Origin: an uncultured virus (IMG/VR IMGVR_UViG_2061766007_001503)
Lineage: Duplodnaviria > Heunggongvirae > Uroviricota > Caudoviricetes
DNA: 39,532 nucleotides
Direction: 5' to 3' (one strand)
IMG/VR virus record: IMGVR_UViG_2061766007_001503
Part shown: positions 10,998 through 21,989 of the stretch, one piece after another
Layout of the letters: the number at the start of each line of letters is the position of its first letter
Numbering within the stretch: the first letter of the stretch is position 1
Position numbers and translations under genes: made by a program
The notes under the pieces: generated by a model
What the model was told of the DNA's origin: nothing
Seen by the model: only the letters and a program-made list of their open reading frames with translations
The model's database searches: none

Positions 10998-11968
10998 AAC
11001 CTGTGCTCTCGTACACTGAGTTACTTTCTTACCAGTACCAAGGTACTTGGTAGTAATTTCTGTGATGCGAGGAACCCAATATTCAAAGAATTTCTTACCA
11101 TCATTAGTTGTCATATTCACATCACTAGAGCCAGGAATGTTGGCAACGATTGTATTAAATTCTTGCATTAAATCATCAAAGTTAAGTTCCTTATTAACCT
11201 CCGCAGGTCTAACCTCTGTGACTGCATCGGCGCCCGCAGTTTGCTCTTCTTTATCAATAGCCGCATTAAGAGCATCAACAAGGGGCTTATATCCGAATGG
11301 AATCTTAGGCTCAATATATTGGAATCTACAACCAACATCCGCCATACCATCAAAAGAACGAAGCATCATATATCTTTCCTGTGTAATAGGATCGAAGTAT
11401 CCATATCCGATAATGTCTGCCATATTCTTAATAATATTATTAACGGAAGACTGCGCGGTTGCGGTTACCCTTGTATACTTAGTTCCATCGGGTCTTGTAA
11501 CCTCTTCTGTCTTATCATGGCTGATGAAAAGTACCGCATATCCTTCCATAGTAATAGTGCGGAAGACCTCTTCAAATTCTTTCTTAAACACGCTCCAGCC
11601 NNNNNNNNNNNNNNNNNNNNNNNNNNNNNNNNNNNNNNNNNNNGTGCGCAAACATATTTTTCACAATAACTTGCCGCAACATCAATAGTGTCGATAGCAA
11701 TAGCCTTATACTTTTCCTTAACTCTGTCATCCTTACAGAAACGCATAAGTGCGCGGATATCCGCCCAGTTCTTTGCCTTTTGTGCATAGGCACCGGTCAA
11801 TGCTCTAGTACCATCTTCACATGCAATAATTAATGCTCCCATATCTCTTGCGAGAGTAGTTTTACCTACCTTGGGTGCTCCAAAAACATATGTAATATAT
11901 CCCGAAAGATCTCTACTAATTTTACTAGGTTCAAGATTTAATAAGTCATCTAATTCAAAGTTCGCCAT
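10998..11968 (-). CDS. AAA_24/Sak4-like ATPase (putative ssDNA-annealing recombinase); C-terminus in gap
   Basis: GAPKVGKTT, IAIDTID, VLFISHDK, ADIIGY; lies next to the SSB-like gene. Confidence 0.8.
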
Positions 11969-12064
11969 AATCTAATTTTCTCCTTAAAAATTTCCAAAAG
12001 TGTTTTTGGATTTTGAATCTCGATTGTCTGCGCTCCGACAGACTATTGTTACCTTAAATTAGGT

Positions 12065-12094
12065 AAAAAAGGAGGGGAGCTATAAAGCTCCCCT
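12065..12094 (-). terminator. Intrinsic terminator
   Basis: AGGGGAGCT-ttat-AGCTCCCCT then CCTTTTTT on the minus strand. Confidence 0.75.
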
Positions 12095-12113
12095 TGTGTA
12101 TATAAGGGCTTGA

Positions 12114-13046
12114 TTAGAAGTTAAAACCTCCAACCGCCGCAGGAGCNNNNNNNNNNNNNNNNNNNNNNNNNTACTCTTCCTGGCGCTTCTTGACTTCTGC
12201 GAGATAAACCTCTCTATTTGCCATAGCAGTCTTAATCTCATCAGTGGTAATACCAGTAGACGCATCACCAAGCTCATAAGTCTCAGGTCTACTCCAATTG
12301 ATGACCCACTCCTTAATTGTACGAGTATACTCTCTTACTGCAGGCTCACCAAATGCGGAAACCTCTTCCTTTGTGGTAACGATAGTCTGACTCTCAATAG
12401 TTCCTCTAACTTCAGTAAAGATAAGGTTAGAAGAAGATGCTTCAAGATTAGTAAAGTAGTTAATTCCACCCTTACTCTTGACAATAAGCTCGACAGGAAG
12501 CATACTATTTCTGAAATCAAATACCGCACCCTTAACAACAAGATAATCTGCGGGGATATTCTTATCAGGATCAGCTTCTACCAGATTAGTTCCATTGATA
12601 AGCATATCAAAAGCGAAAGTATTTCTAAGTGCAGGCTCACAGAGCTTGGTTACGATAGTAACGAATCCACCTTCATTTCTCTTTGCAGAAACAAGAGTTT
12701 CCTCACCATTTCTATTAGAATAGAAATCATTAAGACCAAGTGCGGTGTCAACCTTAAGCATAGTAGCGTTCTCAAGTCCGTCATTAAGAACGGTCTTGCA
12801 CTGTCCATCAATAATCTTCTTAAGAGCTGCGAAAGTTGCATTAGCAGTACCCTTAGAAGTTGTAGCAGTTACATAAGTAAAATGAACCGAAACAATATTC
12901 AGTCCTTCATCATCAGTAGCAATATCAATAGTTCCAGCAATAAACTCCTTGCCGAAATTATCACCCTGCTTCTGAACTGTCTTCATTACTAACTCATGAT
13001 CGTATAATCTTCCTTCAATGTGCTCACGATTAATTGCTTTCTTCAT
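12114..13046 (-). CDS. Putative phage single-stranded DNA-binding protein
   Basis: Beta-rich 310-aa ORF, N-terminal IEGRL, flexible tail ending GGFNF, position between recombinase and replication genes. Assignment is by context. Confidence 0.55.
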   Translation of the reverse strand: MKKAINREHIEGRLYDHELVMKTVQKQGDNFGKEFIAGTIDIATDDEGLNIVSVHFTYVTATTSKGTANATFAALKKIIDGQCKTVLNDGLENATMLKVDTALGLNDFYSNRNGEETLVSAKRNEGGFVTIVTKLCEPALRNTFAFDMLINGTNLVEADPDKNIPADYLVVKGAVFDFRNSMLPVELIVKSKGGINYFTNLEASSSNLIFTEVRGTIESQTIVTTKEEVSAFGEPAVREYTRTIKEWVINWSRPETYELGDASTGITTDEIKTAMANREVYLAEVKKRQEEXXXXXXXXXAPAAVGGFNF

Positions 13047-13497
13047 TTNNNNNNNNNNNNNNNNNNNNNNNNNNNNNNNNNNNNNNNNNNNNNNNNNNNN
13101 NNNNNNNNNNNNNNNNNNNNNNNNNNNNNNNNNNNNNNNNNNNNNNNNNNNNNNNNNNNNNNNNNNNNNNNNNNNNNNNNNNNNNNNNNNNNNNNNNNNN
13201 NNNNNNNNNNNNNNNNNNNNNNNNNNNNNNNNNNNNNNNNNNNNNNNNNNNNNNNNNNNNNNNNNNNNNNNNNNNNNNNNNNNNNNNNNNNNNNNNNNNN
13301 NNNNNNNNNNNNNNNNNNNNNNNNNNNNNNNNNNNNNNNNNNNNNNNNNNNNNNNNNNNNNNNNNNNNNNNNNNNNNNNNNNNNNNNNNNNNNNNNNNNN
13401 NNNNNNNNNNNNNNNNNNNNNNNNNNNNNNNNNNNNNNNNNNNNNNNNNNNNNNNNNNNNNNNNNNNNNNNNNNNNNNNNNNNNNNNNNNNNNNNNN

Positions 13498-14041
13498 ATC
13501 TTTTATCTTTTGTTTCAAGATATTTAAGACGAAGTTGTTCTAAATGATTTATTATTTCAGAAGAAAGATAATGCATATTAAAATTATAAGAATAAGTATT
13601 ACCATCAATATGATTTACATTATATTCTACTGAAAGTTCAGGATTATAATCATCTATTTCAAAGCAATCAATAGTAATAGGAGTACTAGCTAACTTGTGC
13701 ATAGTAGAAGTTGAATTTGCAGTTGTGCCAACTTTGTATGTATCCATTTCCTTCCACCAATAAAGAGGTGCAGTAATATCAACAGATACAAAGATTTGAC
13801 GAAGGAATTTATCATTAGGTGTCCCCGCCTTAATCATACGCTGTGCAAGATCAAGATCGTTTGGACCAAGAGCTGCATACTCTCCAAGATCTCCGTCAAT
13901 TTGAATTTTTTCTTTTTCTCTTATATACTCAAGAGTTTCTAATCCAAATTCACTATCACTTTTTGCATAAGACTCCATAGGATGCCTTAACCCTCTAAAC
14001 GCGTTTCCCCAATTACCAGTCCATTCATTCTCAAATCTCAT
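13498..14041 (-). CDS. Divergent ThyX/Thy1-like flavin-dependent thymidylate synthase family protein; C-terminus in gap
   Basis: KFLRQI.V.VDITAPLYWWKEMDTYKVGT.ANS.STMH is the pattern of phage ThyX-like proteins; canonical RHR..S..S.R motif absent. Confidence 0.6.
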
Positions 14042-14637
14042 ACTAATTCCTCCGCAACTTCATCAATAAAACCTTTTTCTACTCCTAATGCTACATCATA
14101 CCATACATCATCACGCTTAAATTCTTGATATTCTTCTTCTGTAATATTCGTATTACTTATGACAATATCTTTTAAGCAATCCAACTGTTTCTTATAGAAA
14201 TTTGTATAATTCTCAAACTGAGAACTTGTGCCACCATTTGAAGTACTTCCCTCGTGGAAGAGAAATGAAGCATGCGGATACGCGATTCTCTTATGTCCAC
14301 TAATAAAAGTGAAGAATCCACCAGAATAAGCAGTACCCATACAAATTGTCCATACGGGAGTTTTAGATAACTTAATAGCATCTATAATTGTAAAAGTATC
14401 AGTTAAATAACCTCCGCCAGAATCTATATACATTTTAATAGGCTCTCTTTCTTCTACGGGGATGTTATTCTTTTCATCTTGTNNNNNNNNNNNNNNNNNN
14501 NNNNNNNNNNNATAAATTTCTCTTTTTAAAGCACCTTCAAGATTTACCAAGTCTTCAAAAGATTTCATATCTTTCTTGACATTTTCCATCAATGCATCTG
14601 TGAGATCTTCAATATCAAAATCTAGTTTATTTTTCAT
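14038..14637 (-). CDS. clpP: ClpP-family protease subunit
   Basis: IKMYIDSGGG, G.AYSGG (catalytic Ser), FLFHE (catalytic His), RDDVWY..A..KGFIDEV. Confidence 0.88.
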   Translation of the reverse strand: MKNKLDFDIEDLTDALMENVKKDMKSFEDLVNLEGALKREIYXXXXXXXXXXQDEKNNIPVEEREPIKMYIDSGGGYLTDTFTIIDAIKLSKTPVWTICMGTAYSGGFFTFISGHKRIAYPHASFLFHEGSTSNGGTSSQFENYTNFYKKQLDCLKDIVISNTNITEEEYQEFKRDDVWYDVALGVEKGFIDEVAEELV

Positions 14638-15550
14638 TAACCGACTCCTTTTACAGTATTNNNNNNNNNNNNNNNNNNNNNNNNNNNNNNNNNNNNNNNN
14701 NCTTCAAGCACTTCCCAAGAGAAATTCCATATGCCATATTCTTGCATGGCTTTATAAAGTTTATTTGCGGCGGGCGTGTCAATCCCAAGACCACACTTTG
14801 CGTNNNNNNNNNNNNNNNNNNNNNNNNNNNNNNCTACAGCCTGACCTACATAACATTCTTTTGTCTTTTGATTTGTTATTTTATAAATTCCTGTTTTAAC
14901 ATCTCTACCTACAACGTTGTTACATAAATTAGTCATAGGAGTTCTAAACCAAGTCTGCCAAATAAGCATTGATAAAATGCGGGCATTATTTAACTTTGGC
15001 TTAATTGTTTCTAAAATTGCTATATCTTTTAAATCATTATCAGGAATTGTTAAACAATAGAAAGATTGTTGTTCCTCAATTTCTTTTTCTTTTCTCTGTG
15101 CTTCTATAGCGGCGGTGCGGGTAGCTCTGACTTTGTCAAGTTCTGCNNNNNNNNNNGTTTTAATTGAAGATTTGAATATGATGTTTCAAGTGCATCCATA
15201 CACATATCATGTTCTTCTTCAGCTTCGCTATACTTTTGTTCAAGAACAGCAAAGTAATTCTTAAATGCTTCTTCAGACATTTTTTTTTGGTTTTCAACAA
15301 TCTGTGTAGAACTTTCAATACTATTTCGTAAAGTATCTAAATGTTTCTTCTCTTCATCAATCTGTGCTTGTAAAATTTCTGAATGTTTTGATAATTCTTC
15401 AACTTCATCATTACCAGATTGGATTTGTTTTATTAAAACATCGGTTTCTAATTGTAATTTTTGTAATTCTTGTATTTTATTATTTACAATAAAACAAAGA
15501 ATAGCTATAACAATTATAACTAGAATACCGGTTATAATAAAAGGTACCAT
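14637..15550 (-). CDS. Membrane-anchored coiled-coil protein with C-terminal GIY-YIG domain (two track ORFs joined across a gap)
   Basis: N-terminal TM helix FIITGILVIIVIAILCFIV and a long E/K/Q coiled coil. After the gap near 15150 a frame is open from AELDKVRATRTAAIEA through TGIYKITN..CYVGQAV and YGIWNFSWEVLE. Confidence 0.72.
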
Positions 15551-15580
15551 ACATCGTACCTCCTGTATTCAATTTTGATA

Positions 15581-15620
15581 AAAAAATAGAGGTAGGTAGA
15601 TAAAACATCTACCTACCTCT
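15581..15620 (-). terminator. Intrinsic terminator
   Basis: 14-bp perfect stem AGAGGTAGGTAGAT/ATCTACCTACCTCT followed by a T-tract on the minus strand. Confidence 0.8.
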
Positions 15621-15641
15621 TTGCAAATAAAAGGATTTAAA

Positions 15642-15923
15642 TTACTCCTCGGTCTTTGCGGTTGCAGCTGCATCAGCGGCGACNNNNNNNNNNNNNNNNN
15701 NNNNNNNNNNNNNNNNNNNNNNNNNNNNNNNNNNNNNNNNNNNNNNNNNNNNNNNNNNNNNNNNATAACCCTTTCTCTGAAGACCAGAAGTAACGATACC
15801 ATCAACGCTCTTCTTCTCCATACCAAGTGCCTCAGCGATATCTGCTGCGGTCATCTTCTCGCCCTTGTTGTCCTTGAGATAATTAAGAACTACTAAACTC
15901 TTTTCACTAACTGCCTTTGCCAT
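15642..15923 (-). CDS. Small winged-helix DNA-binding protein
   Basis: MAKAVSEKSLVVLNYLK..MTAADIAEALGMEKKSVDGIVTS.LQRKGY helix-turn-helix pattern. Confidence 0.7.
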   Translation of the reverse strand: MAKAVSEKSLVVLNYLKDNKGEKMTAADIAEALGMEKKSVDGIVTSGLQRKGYXXXXXXXXXXXXXXXXXXXXXXXXXXXVAADAAATAKTEE

Positions 15924-16768
15924 AATACAAAATNNNNNNNNNNNNNNNNNNNNNNNNNNNNNNNNNNNNNNNNNNNNNNNNNNNNNNNNNNNNNNNNNNN
16001 NNNNNNNNNNNNNNNNNNNNNNNNNNNNNNNNNNNNNNNNNNNNNNNNNNNNNNNNNNNNNNNNNNNNNNNNNNNNNNNNNNNNNNNNNNNNNNNNNNNN
16101 NNNNNNNNNNNNNNNNNNNNNNNNNNNNNNNNNNNNNNNNNNNNNNNNNNNNNNNNNNNNNNNNNNNNNNNNNNNNNNNNNNNNNNNNNNNNNNNNNNNN
16201 NNNNNNNNNNNNNNNNNNNNNNNNNNNNNNNNNNNNNNNNNNNNNNNNNNNNNNNNNNNNNNNNNNNNNNNNNNNNNNNNNNNNNNNNNNNNNNNNNNNN
16301 NNNNNNNNNNNNNNNNNNNNNNNNNNNNNNNNNNNNNNNNNNNNNNNNNNNNNNNNNNNNNNNNNNNNNNNNNNNNNNNNNNNNNNNNNNNNNNNNNNNN
16401 NNNNNNNNNNNNNNNNNNNNNNNNNNNNNNNNNNNNNNNNNNNNNNNNNNNNNNNNNNNNNNNNNNNNNNNNNNNNNNNNNNNNNNNNNNNNNNNNNNNN
16501 NNNNNNNNNNNNNNNNNNNNNNNNNNNNNNNNNNNNNNNNNNNNNNNNNNNNNNNNNNNNNNNNNNNNNNNNNNNNNNNNNNNNNNNNNNNNNNNNNNNN
16601 NNNNNNNNNNNNNNNNNNNNNNNNNNNNNNNNNNNNNNNNNNNNNNNNNNNNNNNNNNNNNNNNNNNNNNNNNNNNNNNNNNNNNAAAAATCAAATACTA
16701 AACGCTATATATCAAAGACTGCGGACGAAAAAATGGGTATAACCATCTAATATACTTCATTTTCATCT

Positions 16769-18728
16769 TTAATCATTTTTCCTACTTTGCCCAAACGCAT
16801 CAATAAATTCAGCTTCAGTGATAATAGGAATACCCGCAGATTGTGCAGCTTTATTTTTTGCAGAAGTTGAAGTAGAATCGTTATTAATTAAATAATTAAC
16901 TTTGGAACTCATACTACCTACAACCTTTCCGCCAATAGACTCAATGTATGCTTTAAGTTCATCACGATTTTTCCATTGAGTTACTTTTCCTGTAATGCAG
17001 AATGTTACACCTGCGGCAGCCTGAGATTCCTGAGTCTGAACTTCTGGCATTGCAAAAGCAAGCATTTCCGCAATTTCATCAGCCTCCGCATAATCAAAAC
17101 TATTAATAGCGTTGCTAATCTCTGGCCCAAAACCGTCAAGTTCTGTCCAATCTCCACCAATTGCAGCTTTGAAGTCCCACCAAGTGGAATAATACTTCAC
17201 AATTTCTTTTGCAACAGTATTACCAACAAGAGGAATACCAATTCCCGCAATATAATTAGCAAGATTTGTACCAAATTTTGCAGCATCAATATTATCAAGA
17301 ATTTTAGTAACAGAAGTTACTCCAAATCCATCTTTTGAAATCCATTCTGTTTTATGGTCTTTCAGATTAAATACATCTTTTAAATTATTAATCCAGCCCC
17401 AATCAATTAGTTTCTCTATTGTTGCCATAGAGATGCCTTTAACATCTAAACCTTTTTTGCCAAGAAAATGATCTACTCTATTTGCAAGTTTACCTTCACA
17501 TTCTGGATTATCACAAACTACATTCAGGACCCCACTACTAGACACGACCACTTTAGTCAATCCACCACAAATAGGGCAATATTCAGGCTTAATATGCTCA
17601 AACAGCACATTATCATTAGGATCATCATTTTTAATCGACCTAATAATTTGGGGAATAATCATATTACTCTTAATCACCCAAATAGGTTGATTAATTTTTG
17701 GAAGTTCTCCAAGTGTCTGATATAAAACTGAAAGATTATGTAATGAAGCTCTTTCAATAATACTATCACCAGTATCAACAGGCTTAAAAATAGCAACAGG
17801 AGTAAGGACACCAGTTCTACCCATTCCCCATTCAATATCGAGTAATTCAGTTTCATATTCTTCATCATAAAACTTATATGCAATAGCATTTCTAAAATGA
17901 TGTTCAGTTCTACCTAAAGACTCGCCATATTTCTTACTTTCAAATTTAAATACATAACCATCAATAGGCCAGAGATTGTGCTCTTCCATTCCATCAAGAA
18001 TATCAATAGCATCATAAATAGTTTCCGCATCACCAACTCTAGGGACGGTAATAAATCCCCATTCATCAAGTTGTTCAAGTCTGCGGAAATTGAAATCAAT
18101 ATTTTCACAGCCTTGAATTAAATCCCAAGCAACAAAACTTAACTTGCGAGAATAGGCTTCCTTTGCAGAAAGTTGCCTAATAGATCCCGCCGCAAAATTT
18201 CTAGGATTAGCATAATTATTTGAAAACTCTCTTTCAAAAGTAACTAAATCACAAACAATTTCACCATCAATAAGTACAGTTTCTTTTGTAGGAATAGTCT
18301 GCGGAATGGAGGAAATAACAAAAGCATTATGAGTAATATCCTCACCCTTTACTCCATTACCTCTTGTTCCAGCTTTTACAAGATGTCCATCTTCATATTT
18401 CAGCCTACAAGAAAGGCCGTCCATCTTAAACATTCCAAACCAATCTTGACCTTTAACAAAAGAAGCAACCTCATCTTTATCTTTTGTTTTATCAAGAGAA
18501 AGCATAGGGTTCGTAGTATATTTAACTTTACTTAACTTCGTTACTACATCAAATTGAATAGACTGGGTTGGAGAATCTGGATAAATAATTCCCGTTTCTT
18601 TTTCCAACTGTTTAAGTTTAAAGTACATACTATCCCATTGACCATCTGTAAGAATGGGAGCACCATCATCATACGCCTTAGTATATACATTTAAAGTATC
18701 GACTAAATTTCTTATATCTCTTGCAATT
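16769..18728 (-). CDS. ligA: NAD+-dependent DNA ligase (start in gap)
   Basis: Frame extends upstream as AY..G.PILTD.QWD. Contains MLSLDK, KMDG, TRGNG..GEDIT, NPRNFAAGS, GRTG.LTPVA, C4 zinc finger and BRCT (FCITG..GGKV). Confidence 0.95.
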
Positions 18729-18831
18729 NNNNNNNNNNNNNNNNNNNNNNNNNNNNNNNNNNNNNNNNNNNNNNNNNNNNNNNNNNNNNNNNNNNNNNNN
18801 NNNNNNNNNNNNNNNNNNNNNNNNNNNNNNN

Positions 18832-19259
18832 ATTTTTATATAATTCTTAGCATATGAATGCTGTACACCATCAAAGAAAAGATACCTTAAAGTATCAATA
18901 TCTTCCAATCCTTCTTCTTCTAAATAAGTTGTAAAAACTGATTGTTCTTCGTTTGNNNNNNNNNNNNNNNNATCTTCATCTGAAACTTTATTTCTATTTT
19001 TCCAAGTGGAAAATTGTTTAGATTGACTTAATACTTCATAAACTGTATCAGGCCACCGGTCTGATAAAACTCGATTTAAAATTACTTCAACAACAGCCAT
19101 TTGACCGTCAGTACATTGATTACCCGCTTCTCTAAAGGTAATTCTTGCAATTAATTCTTTTTCTTCATCAGTTAAAGATTTGATTAATTCTCTATAATCA
19201 TTTGAAACATAATTATCAATTCCTCTTTGGATAGCTTCTTCATCAATTTCGTTAAGAAT
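18832..19259 (-). CDS. SleB/Hydrolase_2 cell-wall hydrolase fragment
   Basis: LIARITFREAGNQ..GQMAVVEVILNRV.S..WPDTV.EV..Q..QFS. Confidence 0.8.
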
Positions 19260-19852
19260 NNNNNNNNNNNNNNNNNNNNNNNNNNNNNNNNNNNNNNNNN
19301 NNNNNNNNNNNNNNNNNNNNNNNNNNNNNNNNNNNNNNNNNNNNNNNNNNNNNNNNNNNNNNNNNNNNNNNNNNNNNNNNNNNNNNNNNNNNNNNNNNNN
19401 NNNNNNNNNNNNNNNNNNNNNNNNNNNNNNNNNNNNNNNNNNNNNNNNNNNNNNNNNNNNNNNNNNNNNNNNNNNNNNNNNNNNNNNNNNNNNNNNNNNN
19501 NNNNNNNNNNNNNNNNNNNNNNNNNNNNNNNNNNNNNNNNNNNNNNNNNNNNNNNNNNNNNNNNNNNNNNNNNNNNNNNNNNNNNNNNNNNNNNNNNNNN
19601 NNNNNNNNNNNNNNNNNNNNNNNNNNNNNNNNNNNNNNNNNNNNNNNNNNNNNNNNNNNNNNNNNNNNNNNNNNNNNNNNNNNNNNNNNNNNNNNNNNNN
19701 NNNNNNNNNNNNNNNNNNNNNNNNNNNNNNNNNNNNNNNNNNNNNNNNNNNNNNNNNNNNNNNNNNNNNNNNNNNNNNNNNNNNNNNNNNNNNNNNNNNN
19801 NNNNNNNNNNNNNNNNNNNNNNNNNNNNNNNNNNNNNNNNNNNNNNNNNNNN

Positions 19853-21989
19853 ATGATACCCTTTCCGCCACGGGCTTGAATTGTAAGGTCTTTAAGTTCG
19901 ACCTTCTTACCTGTTCCTTTTGTCGTGATAATACCAACAGTATCAGTTGCCTTATGGATAGGCAATGCTGCAACCACTTCATCACCTTCCGCTAAATTAA
20001 TACCTTTAACACCCATTGTAACTCGACCAACAGGATTGATACTTTTGGTTTCAAAGTGAATACTCATACCTTTACGAGTAATCATTACCAAATCTTCTTC
20101 ATCTTGGAAAGAAACAGAAGCAACAGAATCGCCTTCTTTAATTTTTAAAGCAACAATACCGCTATTCTTTTTAACCCCAAGATATTCATTTAAATAAGTC
20201 TTCTTAACCATACCTTCTTTTGTAATAAAAATTGCAAATTTCGGTAAAGTTTTTCTATGTAAAGATGTTACTGCAATAACTTGTTCATTCTGATCCAGCT
20301 TGATGATAGAACTAATCGGCACTCCTTTTGTAGTATTATTTCCATCAGGGATATTATCTACTACAATACGATACATTTTACCAAGATTAGTAAAGAACAT
20401 CATATAATCAACTGTATTTGTCTTAATAGTAGACATAATAGCATCATCAGTTGATTTAACACCAACTCCGCCACGACGCTGAACCTTGAAAGAAGATACA
20501 GGTACTTTCTTAATTAATCCAGACTCTGTTGTTACTACAACAACATCAATAGGAACTACTTCTTGAATTTCTTTTTCTTCTTTAGGGACTTCAATTTGTG
20601 CTAATTGAGTGCGTCTTGCATCACCATATTTCTTTACAATATCTTCAAGGCGTTTTTGAATTTCTGCCATTTNNNNNNNNNNNNNNNNNNNNNNNNNNNN
20701 NNNNNNNNNNNNNNNNNNNNNNNNNNNNNNNNNNNNNNNNNNNNNNNNNNNGCTAAACTTGATAATCTCATAGCTAAAATTGCTTTAGCCTGAGCTTCTG
20801 AAATACCATACTTCTCAATTAATGCAACTTTAGCCGTTGCACTACTTTCAGATTTTTTAATTAATGCAATAACATTATCAATATCTTCAAGAGCAATAAG
20901 AAGTCCTTCAACAATATGTAATCTTTCTTTTGCTTTGATTAAATCAAAATTAATTTCTTTAATTAAACAATCAATATTATGATTAATATAAACTTCAATT
21001 GCCTGCTTAAGATTTAACTCAGTAGGAGTTTTATCAATAAGTGCAACCTGATTATATGAAATTGAAGTCTGAAGATTAGTTTTACTATATAATTTATTTG
21101 CGATCACATCAGGGTTAATACCCTTCCCGCATTCAATTACAATTCTCAAACCTTTCTTATTACTTTCATCACGGACTTCTGTGATGCCTTCAATTTCTTT
21201 AGCATCACAGACCTCTCCAATTTGAGAGATAATTCCTTCTACAGTTTCTCCATAAGGAATTTCATAGAATACAATATTATTTTTTTCAACCTTATAACAA
21301 CCTCTAACCTTTACAGAACCATGTCCAGTTTTCATAATTGCGGGAATGTCATTCTTATTAATGATAACTCCGCCAGTAGGGAAGTCCGGACCGGGCAATG
21401 TAGGCTCATTTCCGTTCATGACTGCGTAGATTGCTTCCGCAACTTCCTTGAGATTATGCGGAAGCCAATTACAAGCCATAGCTACACCGATACCAGTGTT
21501 AGGATTGCACAAGAGGTTAGGAAAGATTGCTGGTAAAGTAACTGGCTCTTCAAGTGTTTCATCATAGTTAGGAATAAAATCAACATTCTTTTTCTTTAAG
21601 CCTTGAAGAAGTCCATCTTCCGCAAGTTTACTAAGTCTTGCTTCTGTGTAACGAGATGCGGCAGGGCCATCACCAATCTGGTTTCCGTTGCTACCATGCC
21701 AGTCGATAAGCGGATACCGCATAACCCACCATTGAGAAAGTCGTACCATAGCTCCGTAGATTGATGAGTCACCATGAGGATGATACTTACCCATGACATC
21801 ACCAACAATTCTAGCCGCCTTAACATGAGGTTTAGAATATGTTCTTCCTTCCTCAAAAGCAGACCAGAGAATTCTTTTAGCTACTGGCTTAAGACCAGAT
21901 TTAGCATCTGGAATTGCACGATCAGTATTAACAGCAACCGCATACTCTATGAAATTTGTACCTAATTCATGTCTTACATCATTCTGCAT
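19853..21989 (-). CDS. gyrA: DNA gyrase subunit A (spans gaps)
   Basis: DAKSGLKPV, YHPHGDSSIY, AASRYTEARL (catalytic Tyr), GPDFPTGG, and pinwheel repeats with GyrA-box QRRGGVG. Confidence 0.95.
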
